Under the pieces are notes generated by a model. It saw only the letters and a list, made by a program, of their open reading frames with translations, was not told where the DNA came from and made no database searches. The position numbers and the translations under genes were made by a program. Of a stretch of 64,000 nt of DNA, positions 50,125-59,981 are shown one piece after another. How positions within the stretch are numbered: position 1 is the first letter of the stretch; every line of letters begins with the position of its first letter. Where the stretch lies: assembly GCA_037128175.1 (NCBI GenBank), contig JBAXWY010000001.1:113900-177899 (forward strand), read 5' to 3'. Origin of the DNA: Methanothrix sp. (GTDB lineage Archaea; Halobacteriota; Methanosarcinia; Methanotrichales; Methanotrichaceae).

Positions 50125-51104
50125 AGATGAGCAAAGGGCCAACAACGGGAAAAGAAGTAACAAGGATTCCGCAAAAGAACGATCGCATGCCTGTAGCCCC
50201 CGGCTCGGGGGATAGAGGACCTTTACAATTCGACTCGCGGCATGCCAAGCGAGCGAGCGACGTAGTGGGTGTAGCCTCACCGGATGTTGTCACCGTTCCG
50301 CCCACTACTACCATCATGAGCGCCATAAAGACCATGACCTTCTATGGCTTCTCCCGGCTTCCCGTCGCTGATCCGGGCACAAAGAGGCTCATTGGCTTTG
50401 TGACTTCAGTGGACGTGGTGGACTTTCTGGGCGGGGGACTGCGGCACAATCTCTTGCGGGAAAAGTATGGAGGAAACATATTCACCGCCATAAATGCCGA
50501 TATTACAGAGATCATGAGCACGCGCCTCACCTACGCCAGTGACAAAGCCTCGTTAAATGATGTTTTGAAGCTGATGTATGAGAAGAACGTGGGCGGCCTT
50601 CCCATAGTTGATGAGGATATTCGCATCAAGGCCATAATTACCGAAGAGGACTTTGTGCGCTTTTGCCGGGGCCTGGATACCGGCCTTTGTGTAGAGACCT
50701 TCATGAGTCCTCATGTGGTGACGGCACCGGCGCAGACCACTATAGAGAAGATGACCCGGATGATCATTCAGAAGGGCTTTCGCCGCATGCCAGTCGTGCA
50801 GGATGGAGTTCTCATGGGCATGGTCACAGCCTCGGATATCATGAAATATCTGGGTAGCGGTGATGCTTTTGAAAAGGTTGTTACCGGCGACATCGGAGAA
50901 GTAATGAATCAGCCCATCAAGAGCCTGATCAAGAGAAGCTTGATTGCCACGGAGAAGAAAGCAGACCTTGGCCAGGCTGCCAGGAAGATGATGGACAATG
51001 AGATTGGATCTTTGCCTGTTATGGACAAGGGATCTTTGGTTGGCATTCTGACGGAAAGAGACTACGTGAGGGCGTTAGCCGAGAACAGAGGAATTCTAGC
51101 ATGA
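50121..51104 (+). CDS. Four-CBS-domain protein
   Basis: CBS repeats; start overlaps the upstream stop. Confidence 0.9.
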   Translation: MKMSKGPTTGKEVTRIPQKNDRMPVAPGSGDRGPLQFDSRHAKRASDVVGVASPDVVTVPPTTTIMSAIKTMTFYGFSRLPVADPGTKRLIGFVTSVDVVDFLGGGLRHNLLREKYGGNIFTAINADITEIMSTRLTYASDKASLNDVLKLMYEKNVGGLPIVDEDIRIKAIITEEDFVRFCRGLDTGLCVETFMSPHVVTAPAQTTIEKMTRMIIQKGFRRMPVVQDGVLMGMVTASDIMKYLGSGDAFEKVVTGDIGEVMNQPIKSLIKRSLIATEKKADLGQAARKMMDNEIGSLPVMDKGSLVGILTERDYVRALAENRGILA

Positions 51105-51961
51105 TAATAAAGAAAGTCAAAGATTACATGAGCGCTCCCATTTACGTCATTGAGCGAAACGAGAACATCCAAAGAGCCAGGAATCTGATGTTCAAGTACG
51201 GCATTGGCAGATTGCCTGTAATGGACGCCGGCTTGCTGGTGGGCATCGTTACCAAGTACGACATCACTAATAGGCTCAACCAGGCGGCACCTGAGTGGCG
51301 CAGGAGGCCCATAGACAAGGTCCCCATCCAGGTGGTAATGACGGAGAAGCCTATCACCATATTCCCCGACGCCACCATGCCCCAGGCAGCAGTGCTTCTC
51401 TTAGAAAACGGCATTAACGGCCTGCCGGTAGAACGCGATGGCGAGGTAGTGGGCATGATCACATCCAGGGACATAATGAAGTACTTCTCCGAGCAGGACC
51501 TCAAAGCGACCGTAGGAGACATGATGAGCCGGAATGTCCTTCGTGTCCACCGTCACCATACCATCGGCCACGTCCTGGAAGAGATGAATGTGCAAGGCCA
51601 GAGCCGCGCCCTGGTCTACGAGGACAATACGACTCCAGTAGGCATTGTGACCCGCTCCGGTCTTACCTTTTCCGAGATAATGGGACCAAAGGATGAGATG
51701 GAGACCAAGAACATCAAGATGACTCGAAAAGATAGCCCCGCCGGCAGAAAGCAGTATCGCTATGTAAAGCAGATGCCTTTCGTGGCGGAGGACATCATGA
51801 CCTCGCCCATTTTTACCATCGGCTCGGAGATTAAGGCCGTGCTGGCGAGCCAGACCCTGGTGGAGAAGAACATCATCGGCATGCCGGTGATGGACCAGAA
51901 TGAAGTGGTGGGCTACTTTTCCGCCGATGAGATCATCACAGAGGTTGGGAGGTGGAAGTAA
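51101..51961 (+). CDS. Four-CBS-domain protein
   Basis: CBS repeats; ATGA overlap. Confidence 0.9.
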   Translation: MIIKKVKDYMSAPIYVIERNENIQRARNLMFKYGIGRLPVMDAGLLVGIVTKYDITNRLNQAAPEWRRRPIDKVPIQVVMTEKPITIFPDATMPQAAVLLLENGINGLPVERDGEVVGMITSRDIMKYFSEQDLKATVGDMMSRNVLRVHRHHTIGHVLEEMNVQGQSRALVYEDNTTPVGIVTRSGLTFSEIMGPKDEMETKNIKMTRKDSPAGRKQYRYVKQMPFVAEDIMTSPIFTIGSEIKAVLASQTLVEKNIIGMPVMDQNEVVGYFSADEIITEVGRWK

Positions 51962-52740
51962 TGCAGGTAAAGGACATCATGAGAGAGCCCGTTACCATCG
52001 ACAAATCAGAGAGACTGGGCCATGCTCTGGATCTGATGGAGAAGAATGATCTGAGAAGGCTTCTTGTCACCAACAAAGACAAGATAGGCGGCATAATCAC
52101 CATGAGACATATAGCTCGCGTTCTTGGAACGCGAAAATCCCTGGGAATGCCTGCTTCCTCTCTGCATGTAGCGTCCGCCACCATGGACTCCGTAATCAAG
52201 GTCCTCCCCGATATGGATGTGCAGGATGCCATGGTCCTTTTGCAGAAGACCGGCGTGCTGGTAGCAATGGATGGGGAGAAGGTCCTGGGCTGGGTTCGAC
52301 CCAGAGAGATACTGGCGGCAGTAAATGTAAGCGGCACGGCATCCGATGCCATGCGTTTTCCCCTCACCTCCAACCCCAACGACCGGCTGGTTCACGCCCG
52401 GCGCATGATGCTGGATAGAGGCGTAGGAAGGCTTCCTGTGGTGGAGGGTGGCCGGCTGGTGGGCATAATATCGGAAAGGGATGTGGCTAAGTCTCTACGT
52501 GCCTTCCGTGATCTGAACGATACCGCCAGCAAGCAATACGCGCGCATTTACAACATCCTGGTCTCCGATGTGATGACTCATGATGTGACGTACGTATATG
52601 TCGATACACCTCTGGATGAGGTCAAGAAGATCATTCTTGCTGAGAACAGAGGCGGACTGCCCGTTCTCAGCCGTAGAGAAGAGGTAGTGGGCATGATCAC
52701 CAGGCGGTCCATCTTGGATTATCTGGTGAGGACCGGATGA
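51952..52740 (+). CDS. Four-CBS-domain protein
   Basis: CBS repeats; overlaps the upstream stop. Confidence 0.9.
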   Translation: MEVMQVKDIMREPVTIDKSERLGHALDLMEKNDLRRLLVTNKDKIGGIITMRHIARVLGTRKSLGMPASSLHVASATMDSVIKVLPDMDVQDAMVLLQKTGVLVAMDGEKVLGWVRPREILAAVNVSGTASDAMRFPLTSNPNDRLVHARRMMLDRGVGRLPVVEGGRLVGIISERDVAKSLRAFRDLNDTASKQYARIYNILVSDVMTHDVTYVYVDTPLDEVKKIILAENRGGLPVLSRREEVVGMITRRSILDYLVRTG

Positions 52741-53858
52741 ATCTGGCAAGAGTTGCACAGAAACTGGGAATCACGGAAAGTAGGCTACAAGGCCTGCAAG
52801 AGACGGTAATCAGAGAATCTGCCTGGCCCGAGCCTCGGTTGCTCCGGTTTGAAAAAGAGACCTCGGGAATCGAGGCCGGGACAGTTGTTTTTGAAAACGG
52901 CGAGATCGTTTTTGGCTATCCCAAGATCCGCCGTCCCCTCATGCTTGCCGCGGCGATAAAGAGGCATTTTTCCGATATTGTGGCTGTAGAGGAGAAGATG
53001 AACGGCCATAATGTACGCATTCTTCCTTTAAACGGTGAGATTGTGGCCCTCACCAGAGGCGGGTTTATCTGCCCTTATTCTACGGAAGTGGCGCGCCGGC
53101 TTATACCGGAGAGCGTGTTCGAAAAGCACCCGCAGAAGGTTTTGTGCGGCGAGATGGTAGGTCCGGAAAACCCCTACGTATCAACGGCCACCTATCCAAC
53201 AGACCGCATTGACTTCTATCTCTTTGATATAGCCGAAAAAAACCACAGGGGAACTTTGGGCGTGCACAAAACCCATGAATTCGCCCAGGAGTTCGGCCTT
53301 AAGGCCACGGCCTTTTTGGGCGAGTTTCGTAAGGAGAGCGCCGCAGAGAAGATCAAGCAGATCGTGATCAAGCTTGGCCGCCAGGGGCGCGAGGGTGTGG
53401 TCATGAAAGACCCGGAAAATATTGTGGCGCCGCTAAAGTACACCAGCTCCAAGACCAATTGCAGTGACCTGGCCGTGGCCTTTCGCTACTATAACGACTA
53501 TGCTTTGGACTTCTTTGTCTCCCGGGCGGTGCGAGAGGGGTTTCAGAGCGTGGAGTGGAACGAGTCGGAAGAGGATAGGCAGGTGAGGGCTCTCTCTTTA
53601 GGGGAGAGCATTCTTTTGCCTTTGGTCGACACCATAAAGAGGTCGCAGCAGGGCGAAAATATTGTGCAGAAGGTGCAGATCCGGGTGAAAAGCCTGCAGA
53701 CGGCCAGGGATTTTGAGTATCACCTGCGAAGATGCGGCATTCGCACCATCTTCGAGCCGCCTGAGCCCGACGACGGCGTCTATTTGATACGAATAACCAA
53801 ACTGATCATGAGCACAAACGATAAAACCCAGGCGCTCCTGGGTGGAGAAATGTGGTAG
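52737..53858 (+). CDS. ATP-dependent RNA ligase (archaeal Rnl3/Pab1020 family)
   Basis: GYPKIRR, motif I EEKMNGHN, GEMVG, FYLFDI, EGVVMK, LKY. Confidence 0.9.
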   Translation: MNLARVAQKLGITESRLQGLQETVIRESAWPEPRLLRFEKETSGIEAGTVVFENGEIVFGYPKIRRPLMLAAAIKRHFSDIVAVEEKMNGHNVRILPLNGEIVALTRGGFICPYSTEVARRLIPESVFEKHPQKVLCGEMVGPENPYVSTATYPTDRIDFYLFDIAEKNHRGTLGVHKTHEFAQEFGLKATAFLGEFRKESAAEKIKQIVIKLGRQGREGVVMKDPENIVAPLKYTSSKTNCSDLAVAFRYYNDYALDFFVSRAVREGFQSVEWNESEEDRQVRALSLGESILLPLVDTIKRSQQGENIVQKVQIRVKSLQTARDFEYHLRRCGIRTIFEPPEPDDGVYLIRITKLIMSTNDKTQALLGGEMW

Positions 53859-53871
53859 AAGGCCAAAGCTT

Positions 53872-55125
53872 ATGAGCGAAATTGCAGATATCGAGATGCA
53901 GGGACATCTCATCGACTCGCAGATCCTAACAAAGGTCTTGGACAAGATCATGGATATGGGCAGCGAGTTTGAGATCAAGAACTTTCAGATCGGCCAGAAG
54001 AAGAACGACAGCAGCTATGTGCAGATCACCGTCACCGGCGAGGATGCGGCCCATCTGGACCGGGTACTCTTAGAGTTGCATGCCCTGGGAGCGCGCCTCG
54101 TAGAGATGGAGGACGTCAAAACCGGTGTTGCCCCGGGCGATATGGTCGTTCCCAGGGGGTTTTACTCCACCACCAACCACCCCACCTATGTGCGCTATCA
54201 GGGCTCCTGGGTGGAGGTGGAGCATAACCACATGGACTGCCTGGTCGTGCTGCAAGACGGTCGGGCTCTATGTACGCCCATCGGTCATATCAAGAAGGGC
54301 GAACGCGTGGTCATCGGCACCTCCGGAGTCAAGGTCGTGCCGCCCGAGCGTCCCCGTGAGAAGACCTTCTTCGGCTTCATGTCCAATGAGGTCAGCTCAG
54401 AGCGGCCCAGCGGAGAACTGGTACGCCAGCTGGCGGGCGAGATTGTGCGCACCAAAAAGGCGGGGGGAAAGATTGCCGTGGTCTGCGGGCCGGCGGTAGT
54501 CCACACGGGCGCAGCACCCTCGCTGGCCCGGCTCATCCGGGAGGGCTACGTCGATGTTCTGCTGGCAGGGAATGCCGTGGCTGTGCATGACATCGAGCGG
54601 CAGCTCTTCGGCACCAGTCTGGGCATGAACTGCTCGGGAAATGCCATCTCCGGGGGTCACCGAAATCACCTTTACGCCATCAGTGAGATCATGGCCAGCG
54701 GCTCCATCAAGAACGCCATAGCAGAAGGCAAGCTCAAAGGGGGCATTATGTACGAGGCCACCAGGAAGGGCATCACCTACATTCTGGCTGGCTCCATTCG
54801 CGATGATGGGCCCCTGCCCGAGGTCATCACGGACACAGCCAAGGCCAAGGACGCCATGGACAAGGCTCTTCGCGGCGTGGACATGACTATCATGCTGGGC
54901 ACCATGCTTCACTCGATTGCCGTGGGCAACTTGCTGCCTTCCTTCGTCAAGACCATCTGCGTGGATATCAATCCGTCAACCGTGACCAAGCTCATGGACC
55001 GGGGTTCGGCCCAGGCCATCGGCCTTGTCACGGATATCGGCATATTCCTGCCCCAGCTTGCCGAGGAGATCGAGAAATTGAAGAACGGGCCGGAAGAGAA
55101 GCCGTGCGAGGACGGGAAAACTTAA
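53872..55125 (+). CDS. TIGR00300/LOR-SDH-type protein (ornithine cyclodeaminase-like)
   Basis: GHLIDS, FYSTTNHPT, FMSNEVSSE, GPAVVHTG, LAGSIRDDGPLP, KL-DRGS-QA. Confidence 0.85.
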   Translation: MSEIADIEMQGHLIDSQILTKVLDKIMDMGSEFEIKNFQIGQKKNDSSYVQITVTGEDAAHLDRVLLELHALGARLVEMEDVKTGVAPGDMVVPRGFYSTTNHPTYVRYQGSWVEVEHNHMDCLVVLQDGRALCTPIGHIKKGERVVIGTSGVKVVPPERPREKTFFGFMSNEVSSERPSGELVRQLAGEIVRTKKAGGKIAVVCGPAVVHTGAAPSLARLIREGYVDVLLAGNAVAVHDIERQLFGTSLGMNCSGNAISGGHRNHLYAISEIMASGSIKNAIAEGKLKGGIMYEATRKGITYILAGSIRDDGPLPEVITDTAKAKDAMDKALRGVDMTIMLGTMLHSIAVGNLLPSFVKTICVDINPSTVTKLMDRGSAQAIGLVTDIGIFLPQLAEEIEKLKNGPEEKPCEDGKT

Positions 55126-55167
55126 ATTCACATGGGTCTCTGGCTTTCCGGTCGAGCTGTTCTGTGG

Positions 55168-55242
55168 GCCGCCGTGGCTTAGCCCGGTTAAAGCGGCTGA
55201 TTCGTAATCAGCAGTTCATGGGTTCGAATCCCATCGGCGGCT
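55168..55242 (+). tRNA. tRNA-Thr(CGT)
   Basis: Cloverleaf; anticodon loop ttcgtaa; GTTCGAATC. Confidence 0.95.
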
Positions 55243-55382
55243 TTTACATTTTATTTTAGCTCTTCGCTATTTTCCAGTGGCTAACCGCAGGTTACTATGT
55301 TTTTCCAGTTGTTAGTTAGTCGCTCTGTGCGTCCTGTAAGAAATTATAATCTTGTGGAAGATGGAGAAGGTCAAACCGATTT

Positions 55383-56561
55383 TCACTCCTTGCCCATCAT
55401 CCCCACCAGTTTCGTCGCCTCCACCAGCCCGTATCCTCCCCGCTTTGCTGCATCCTCATCAAAGCGCTCCACCCCGTCCGGCACAATTCCTGTGCCCGCA
55501 ATGGTGAATGGCACAGGATCGCGACTGTGGGTCTTGATGGAAATGGGCGTGGCATGATCAGGCAGGAGAAGCACGCGCCAGTCCTGGCCGCTCTTCTTTA
55601 GCCCTGCTACCACCGGGCCGACGACGCGCTCATCGATAAGCTCAATGGCTCTCACTTTCAGCTCGGTATTGCCCTCGTGGCCCGCCTCGTCCGGGGCCTC
55701 GATGTGCAGATAGACGAAATCCAGACTCTTCAGTGCTTCCAGCGCGGCCTGCACCTTTCCTTCATAATTGGTATCGATGGTGCCGGTGGCGTCGGGCACG
55801 TCTATGACCTCAAGTCCTGCGTACCTGCCGATGCCCTTGAGCAGGTCCACCGCGCTGATCATGGCTCCTTTCAGGCCGTATTTCTCGGCAAAGGAGGGCA
55901 TGACCGGCGCAGGCCCCTGCCCCCAAAGCCATATCGCGTTAGCGGGGCGCTTTCCTGCCGAAATGCGCCTTATGTTTACGGGATGGTTGGCCAGGACGGG
56001 CCCTGCCGCCTCCATGAGCCGCACCAGTAGCGCGCTGTCCGGACCGCGGGGTAGGTGCTCCGCCACCGACTGGTCGCTGATATCGTGGGGCGGGGTGCAT
56101 AGCGCCTTCGCGCCGGCCTGCAAGACCAGAAGGTTTCGGTAGCTTACCCCGGCGTAAAGCCGCCGCTCTGGCATCAAGGGCTGCAAGGCCTCGATCAGCT
56201 CGCGGCTCTCTTCGGTTGTGATGTGCCCGGCGCTGTAGTCCAACATGACTCCGCCAACAATTGTCACAAAATTGCAGCGAAAAGCGATGTCGCCTTCGCC
56301 AAGGGCGACGTTCATGGCTGCCGCCTCCAGGGGTGCGCGACCGGAGTAATGCTTGGCCGGTGAATAGCCCATGACACAGAGATTGGCCACATCGCTTCCC
56401 GGCGGGAAACCTTCGGGAACCGTCTGGGCCAGACCGCTCTTGCCCTGCTTCGCCAAAAGGTCCATGTTGGGCTTTTTGGCCGCCTGCAACGGCGTCCTGC
56501 CCTGCAACTGTGCCAGCGGCAGGTCTGCCATGCCGTCGCCTAAGAGAACTACGAGCTTCAT
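55383..56561 (-). CDS. apgM: Cofactor-independent phosphoglycerate mutase (archaeal type)
   Basis: LGDGMAD, PGSDVAN, EAPDEAGH, PDHATP---THS-DPVP. Confidence 0.9.
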   Translation of the reverse strand: MKLVVLLGDGMADLPLAQLQGRTPLQAAKKPNMDLLAKQGKSGLAQTVPEGFPPGSDVANLCVMGYSPAKHYSGRAPLEAAAMNVALGEGDIAFRCNFVTIVGGVMLDYSAGHITTEESRELIEALQPLMPERRLYAGVSYRNLLVLQAGAKALCTPPHDISDQSVAEHLPRGPDSALLVRLMEAAGPVLANHPVNIRRISAGKRPANAIWLWGQGPAPVMPSFAEKYGLKGAMISAVDLLKGIGRYAGLEVIDVPDATGTIDTNYEGKVQAALEALKSLDFVYLHIEAPDEAGHEGNTELKVRAIELIDERVVGPVVAGLKKSGQDWRVLLLPDHATPISIKTHSRDPVPFTIAGTGIVPDGVERFDEDAAKRGGYGLVEATKLVGMMGKE

Positions 56562-56652
56562 CAGGACCACCATCGAGAAAATAGTATTAATTGTCTTCGT
56601 CTGGGTCCCACGTGAAGGGCGCGAAGAAGCCATGATCGCCGACCTCAAGCAG

Positions 56653-57303
56653 CTATTTCTTCTTTTTCAAGGCCGCTTCCGCCTCTCTGGCATTGATCTC
56701 CGCCAGATGCTTGTTTAAAACCTTGGCCAGTGTGTTGAGCTTGACTCTGGTGCAGGTGGCACCGCGGGTTATGCCGGTTACTATATCCACTACCTCGCCT
56801 TTGGTTTCCGTCTTTTGGTGAGCTGGTTTGACGGTGCAGGTCTTGATGCCCACCTTGGCAAAATCCTCCATATCCATGGGGCACTGCGCCACCACGACCA
56901 CGGGAATATCTACCTGCGCCAAAACCTCTTTGGCCTTGTGGATAACGTGCGAGCGCACATTGCCCAGATGCAGAACGGCAATCTTATGGCGTGCCACCTG
57001 TTCCAGCTCCCTCTCGTTCAGCCCGAAGGTGGGGCCGTAGCCTCGCGAAGCCGCTGGAAAACTATCCGGAACTCCGGTTCCTGCCTCCAAAACCAGTACG
57101 CTGGTCTGAATTCCTTCCCGGCGCAGCCCATAGGTCATCTCGCAAACGGGTTTGGTAATGTGACGCCGTCCAGGAGACATGGCTATGGCGATCACATCCG
57201 GCTTTGTAGCCTCAGAGAGCGTGCCTCTTTGGGCCAGCCCGCCACCCTTAGCCAGGCCCATGCTCTCTCTACAATCCACCACCTGAGTTGCCCTGCCAAT
57301 CAT
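56653..57303 (-). CDS. mcrC: Methyl-coenzyme M reductase operon protein C
   Basis: VDCRE-MG---GGGLAQRGT-SE, MSPGRRHITKPVCE, EDFAK-GIKT. Confidence 0.92.
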   Translation of the reverse strand: MIGRATQVVDCRESMGLAKGGGLAQRGTLSEATKPDVIAIAMSPGRRHITKPVCEMTYGLRREGIQTSVLVLEAGTGVPDSFPAASRGYGPTFGLNERELEQVARHKIAVLHLGNVRSHVIHKAKEVLAQVDIPVVVVAQCPMDMEDFAKVGIKTCTVKPAHQKTETKGEVVDIVTGITRGATCTRVKLNTLAKVLNKHLAEINAREAEAALKKKK

Positions 57304-57413
57304 GCTCTTTATCTTCTGTGTGATGGAATATAGACCTGACGAACCGATTTGGCGAATCTAATTGACGAACGATAAGTGGGAGCTTTTTTAAGCTGAAACG
57401 ATGAGAAACAGCT

Positions 57414-58217
57414 ATGCTCATCTTCATTGGTCTTGGGCTTTACGACGAGCGGGATATCTCCGTCAAAGGCCTGGATGCGATTCATGCGGCGGACGTGGTT
57501 TATGCGGAGTTTTACACCTCCCGGTTGATGGGAGCAACTTTTGAGAAGCTTGAGGCATTCTACGGCCGCAATATCAGCCTTCTTTCCCGTCGGCAGGTGG
57601 AAGTAGATCCCTCCTGGATAGAGGAAGCCGGGGATAAGGACGTGGCCTTCCTGGTGGGGGGTGATGCTATGGTCTCCACTACTCATCTAGACCTGCGGCT
57701 GCGAGCGGCTAAGATGGGCATTAAGACGCGTGTGATTCACTCCTCCTCCATCGTCACCGCCGTATCGGGGCTTTGCGGCTTGCAGAACTACCGCTTCGGC
57801 AGGTCCACTACCATTCCATTTCCTTACATTTCCCGGGGCAAGCGCATCATTGCCGAGACGCCCTACCAGGTTTTGAAGGAGAACTTGGACCGTAATTTGC
57901 ATACCATGCTCTTTCTGGATATTCAGAGCGACTGCGGCGAGAAATATATGACCGTAAACGAAGGTGCAGCGCTCCTTCTGGAGATGCAGGAGGCTGCCGG
58001 GGAGCGGCTCCTGGATGGTATTTTGGGGATAGGCATTGCCCGGGCCGGCTCTGATGATGCTGCGGTAAAGGCGGACCTTCTTCCTCGTCTGCAAAGCTAT
58101 GACTTTGGCGGACCCTTGCATATCCTGATCGTGCCCGCCCGGCTGCATTTCATGGAGGCGCAGGCCCTGGTGGAACTGGCAGGCGCGCCTGAAGATGCAG
58201 TAAAAAGCGCAGAATGA
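57414..58217 (+). CDS. dph5: Diphthine synthase
   Basis: [40 protein letters not shown]. Confidence 0.95.
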   Translation: MLIFIGLGLYDERDISVKGLDAIHAADVVYAEFYTSRLMGATFEKLEAFYGRNISLLSRRQVEVDPSWIEEAGDKDVAFLVGGDAMVSTTHLDLRLRAAKMGIKTRVIHSSSIVTAVSGLCGLQNYRFGRSTTIPFPYISRGKRIIAETPYQVLKENLDRNLHTMLFLDIQSDCGEKYMTVNEGAALLLEMQEAAGERLLDGILGIGIARAGSDDAAVKADLLPRLQSYDFGGPLHILIVPARLHFMEAQALVELAGAPEDAVKSAE

Positions 58218-58236
58218 ATAGCTATTAATATGAACG

Positions 58237-58635
58237 ATGCTGGATCAATTTGATGAGATTGATCGACACCAGGGGGCGCGCCCAGGAATGAAGCTCGGAT
58301 TAGTCACGGAGTTTGATGCAGCTCACAGCCTGCCCGGTTACCAGGGCAAGTGCGCCAATCTGCACGGCCACACCTACCAGGTGGAGATTGTGGTGGAGGG
58401 CGATGTGGGGGAGGATGGCTTCGTCATGGATTTCTATTTGCTCAAAAAAATTATTGCAGACGCATTGCAGGATCTAGACCACGGCTACTTAAATGATATT
58501 TTGCCAAATCCCACAGCAGAGACGATCTCCCAATGGATCTCGGATCGGCTGAAAAACGATATGGACGGCACTGCCGTCCGGCTGCTTTCCTTGAAACTTT
58601 GGGAAGGGAAGAACAAATGGGTGATGATCGACTGA
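58237..58635 (+). CDS. queD: 6-carboxytetrahydropterin synthase (QueD/PTPS)
   Basis: FDAAH, CANLHGHTY, DHGYLN, NPTAE, LWE. Confidence 0.88.
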   Translation: MLDQFDEIDRHQGARPGMKLGLVTEFDAAHSLPGYQGKCANLHGHTYQVEIVVEGDVGEDGFVMDFYLLKKIIADALQDLDHGYLNDILPNPTAETISQWISDRLKNDMDGTAVRLLSLKLWEGKNKWVMID

Positions 58636-59037
58636 TTATTGGGTCGCGGTCAGATCCCAAGTTTTGGCAGCTTCCGGTGTGTCCTTCAGCTCCTTCATCC
58701 GGGCGGCGGCCTGCTCATCATAGTACTTCTTGTACTTTTCTTCTCGATCTTTCTTGCCCCAATCCGCCAATTTTCTGTCCAGGGCTTCGAACATGTACTT
58801 CTCGGCGGCCTTGACGGTCTCCAGGTCTCCCCTCATCACCAGGATCTCTCGGTCCATCACTTCTCCCGTCATCTCCATCTTACCCGGACGGCGGATCAGG
58901 TCCAGCTCGAAGTTCTCCACTATCTCGCGGATTACTGAGACCGGCATGCTCAGGGGGATCGCCAGGTCGTAAAGCCCTTTCAAATCTTCTGCACTTTCTT
59001 TTTGGGGAGAGTCCGTAAGTACCATGGTTGGAATCAT
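58636..59037 (-). CDS. Conserved hypothetical protein
   Basis: Clean ORF with host-like codon usage. Confidence 0.7.
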   Translation of the reverse strand: MIPTMVLTDSPQKESAEDLKGLYDLAIPLSMPVSVIREIVENFELDLIRRPGKMEMTGEVMDREILVMRGDLETVKAAEKYMFEALDRKLADWGKKDREEKYKKYYDEQAAARMKELKDTPEAAKTWDLTATQ

Positions 59038-59119
59038 TCTTGCCTTGATTTAAGGCTGTCGAAGAGACATCTAGAAGGGAAACAGTTATTAATGGGATCA
59101 TCAATGCAAGGTGCGGATC

Positions 59120-59193
59120 GGGCCCGTAGCTTAGCCAGGTTGAGCGCACGGCTGATAACCGTGAGGTCACGCGTTCAAATCGCGTCGGGCCCA
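59120..59193 (+). tRNA. tRNA-Ile(GAT)
   Basis: Cloverleaf; anticodon loop ctgataa; GTTCAAATC. Confidence 0.95.
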
Positions 59194-59235
59194 TTTTCTT
59201 AATTTTTTAAAAAAAAGGTTTTCTGGCATCCTTCA

Positions 59236-59282
59236 CTTCGTTGACCAAGGAGGTCCCATCCTTCAGGGCGTGGTAGTTGAAC
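59236..59282 (+). mobile_element. Degenerate IS200/IS605 end remnant overlapping the DUF2124 stop
   Basis: ggaggtcccatccttcagggcgtggtagttga, near-identical core to 34024-34043. Confidence 0.6.
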
Positions 59283-59730
59283 TAGTTATTTCCCCCTCGA
59301 GTGTCACGTTCATGACGAAGTCGAATGGCAGAGCCTGACACCATCCCGCCTTCTCAAAGATGGACATGAAGCATACACCCACGAGCTTCTTGTATTTCAT
59401 TTTGCAGAGAAAATCCAACATCACCCCGGGCGTGACGCCTATCTTTTGCATGGCCATGCCCCCCAGTATGACAACAACATCCGTCTCTGCACTTGCTGCG
59501 CTCTCCAGCTCCATTCCATATTCCGTGGCTACGATGCGTCGTGCTTTATCCATATTTAAGCCGGGCAGAAAGGCCAGTTCCTTTTCTCGCACCGGATAGC
59601 CAAGAAATAGGGCAAAGGGAGTGCAAAACCCTGGCGAGCCAATGAAAACGATCTTCTTGTCATCCTTCACCAGATCTCTAAATCCGTTCAGCATCCCGCC
59701 TAGGCCTTTTACGTCCTGTATCTTCTCCAC
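59263..59730 (-). CDS. DUF2124 family methanogen protein
   Basis: GSPGFCTPFA, LGGMAM, GVCFMSIF-KAGW. Confidence 0.82.
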   Translation of the reverse strand: MEKIQDVKGLGGMLNGFRDLVKDDKKIVFIGSPGFCTPFALFLGYPVREKELAFLPGLNMDKARRIVATEYGMELESAASAETDVVVILGGMAMQKIGVTPGVMLDFLCKMKYKKLVGVCFMSIFEKAGWCQALPFDFVMNVTLEGEITSSTTTP

Positions 59731-59981
59731 AATTGATCCTCCTCCAATTTATCTCCCTAAGCATTGCGTTATAGGGAGTATCAACTAGGATTGCATTTAG
59801 ATAATATATAATATTCTGTAAGCCGGGAAAACCGTCGCGGTTGGATGCGAATGCATATATCTCTTGACAATGCAAAAACGAGCGGCTGGCAAAAATATCC
59901 CGGAAAAAGGAGTGTGTATATCTCGAACATTCCTGGCCCGATTCAAAACGTTTATGAGGATAGAACTGTTTCTTGGCTATA

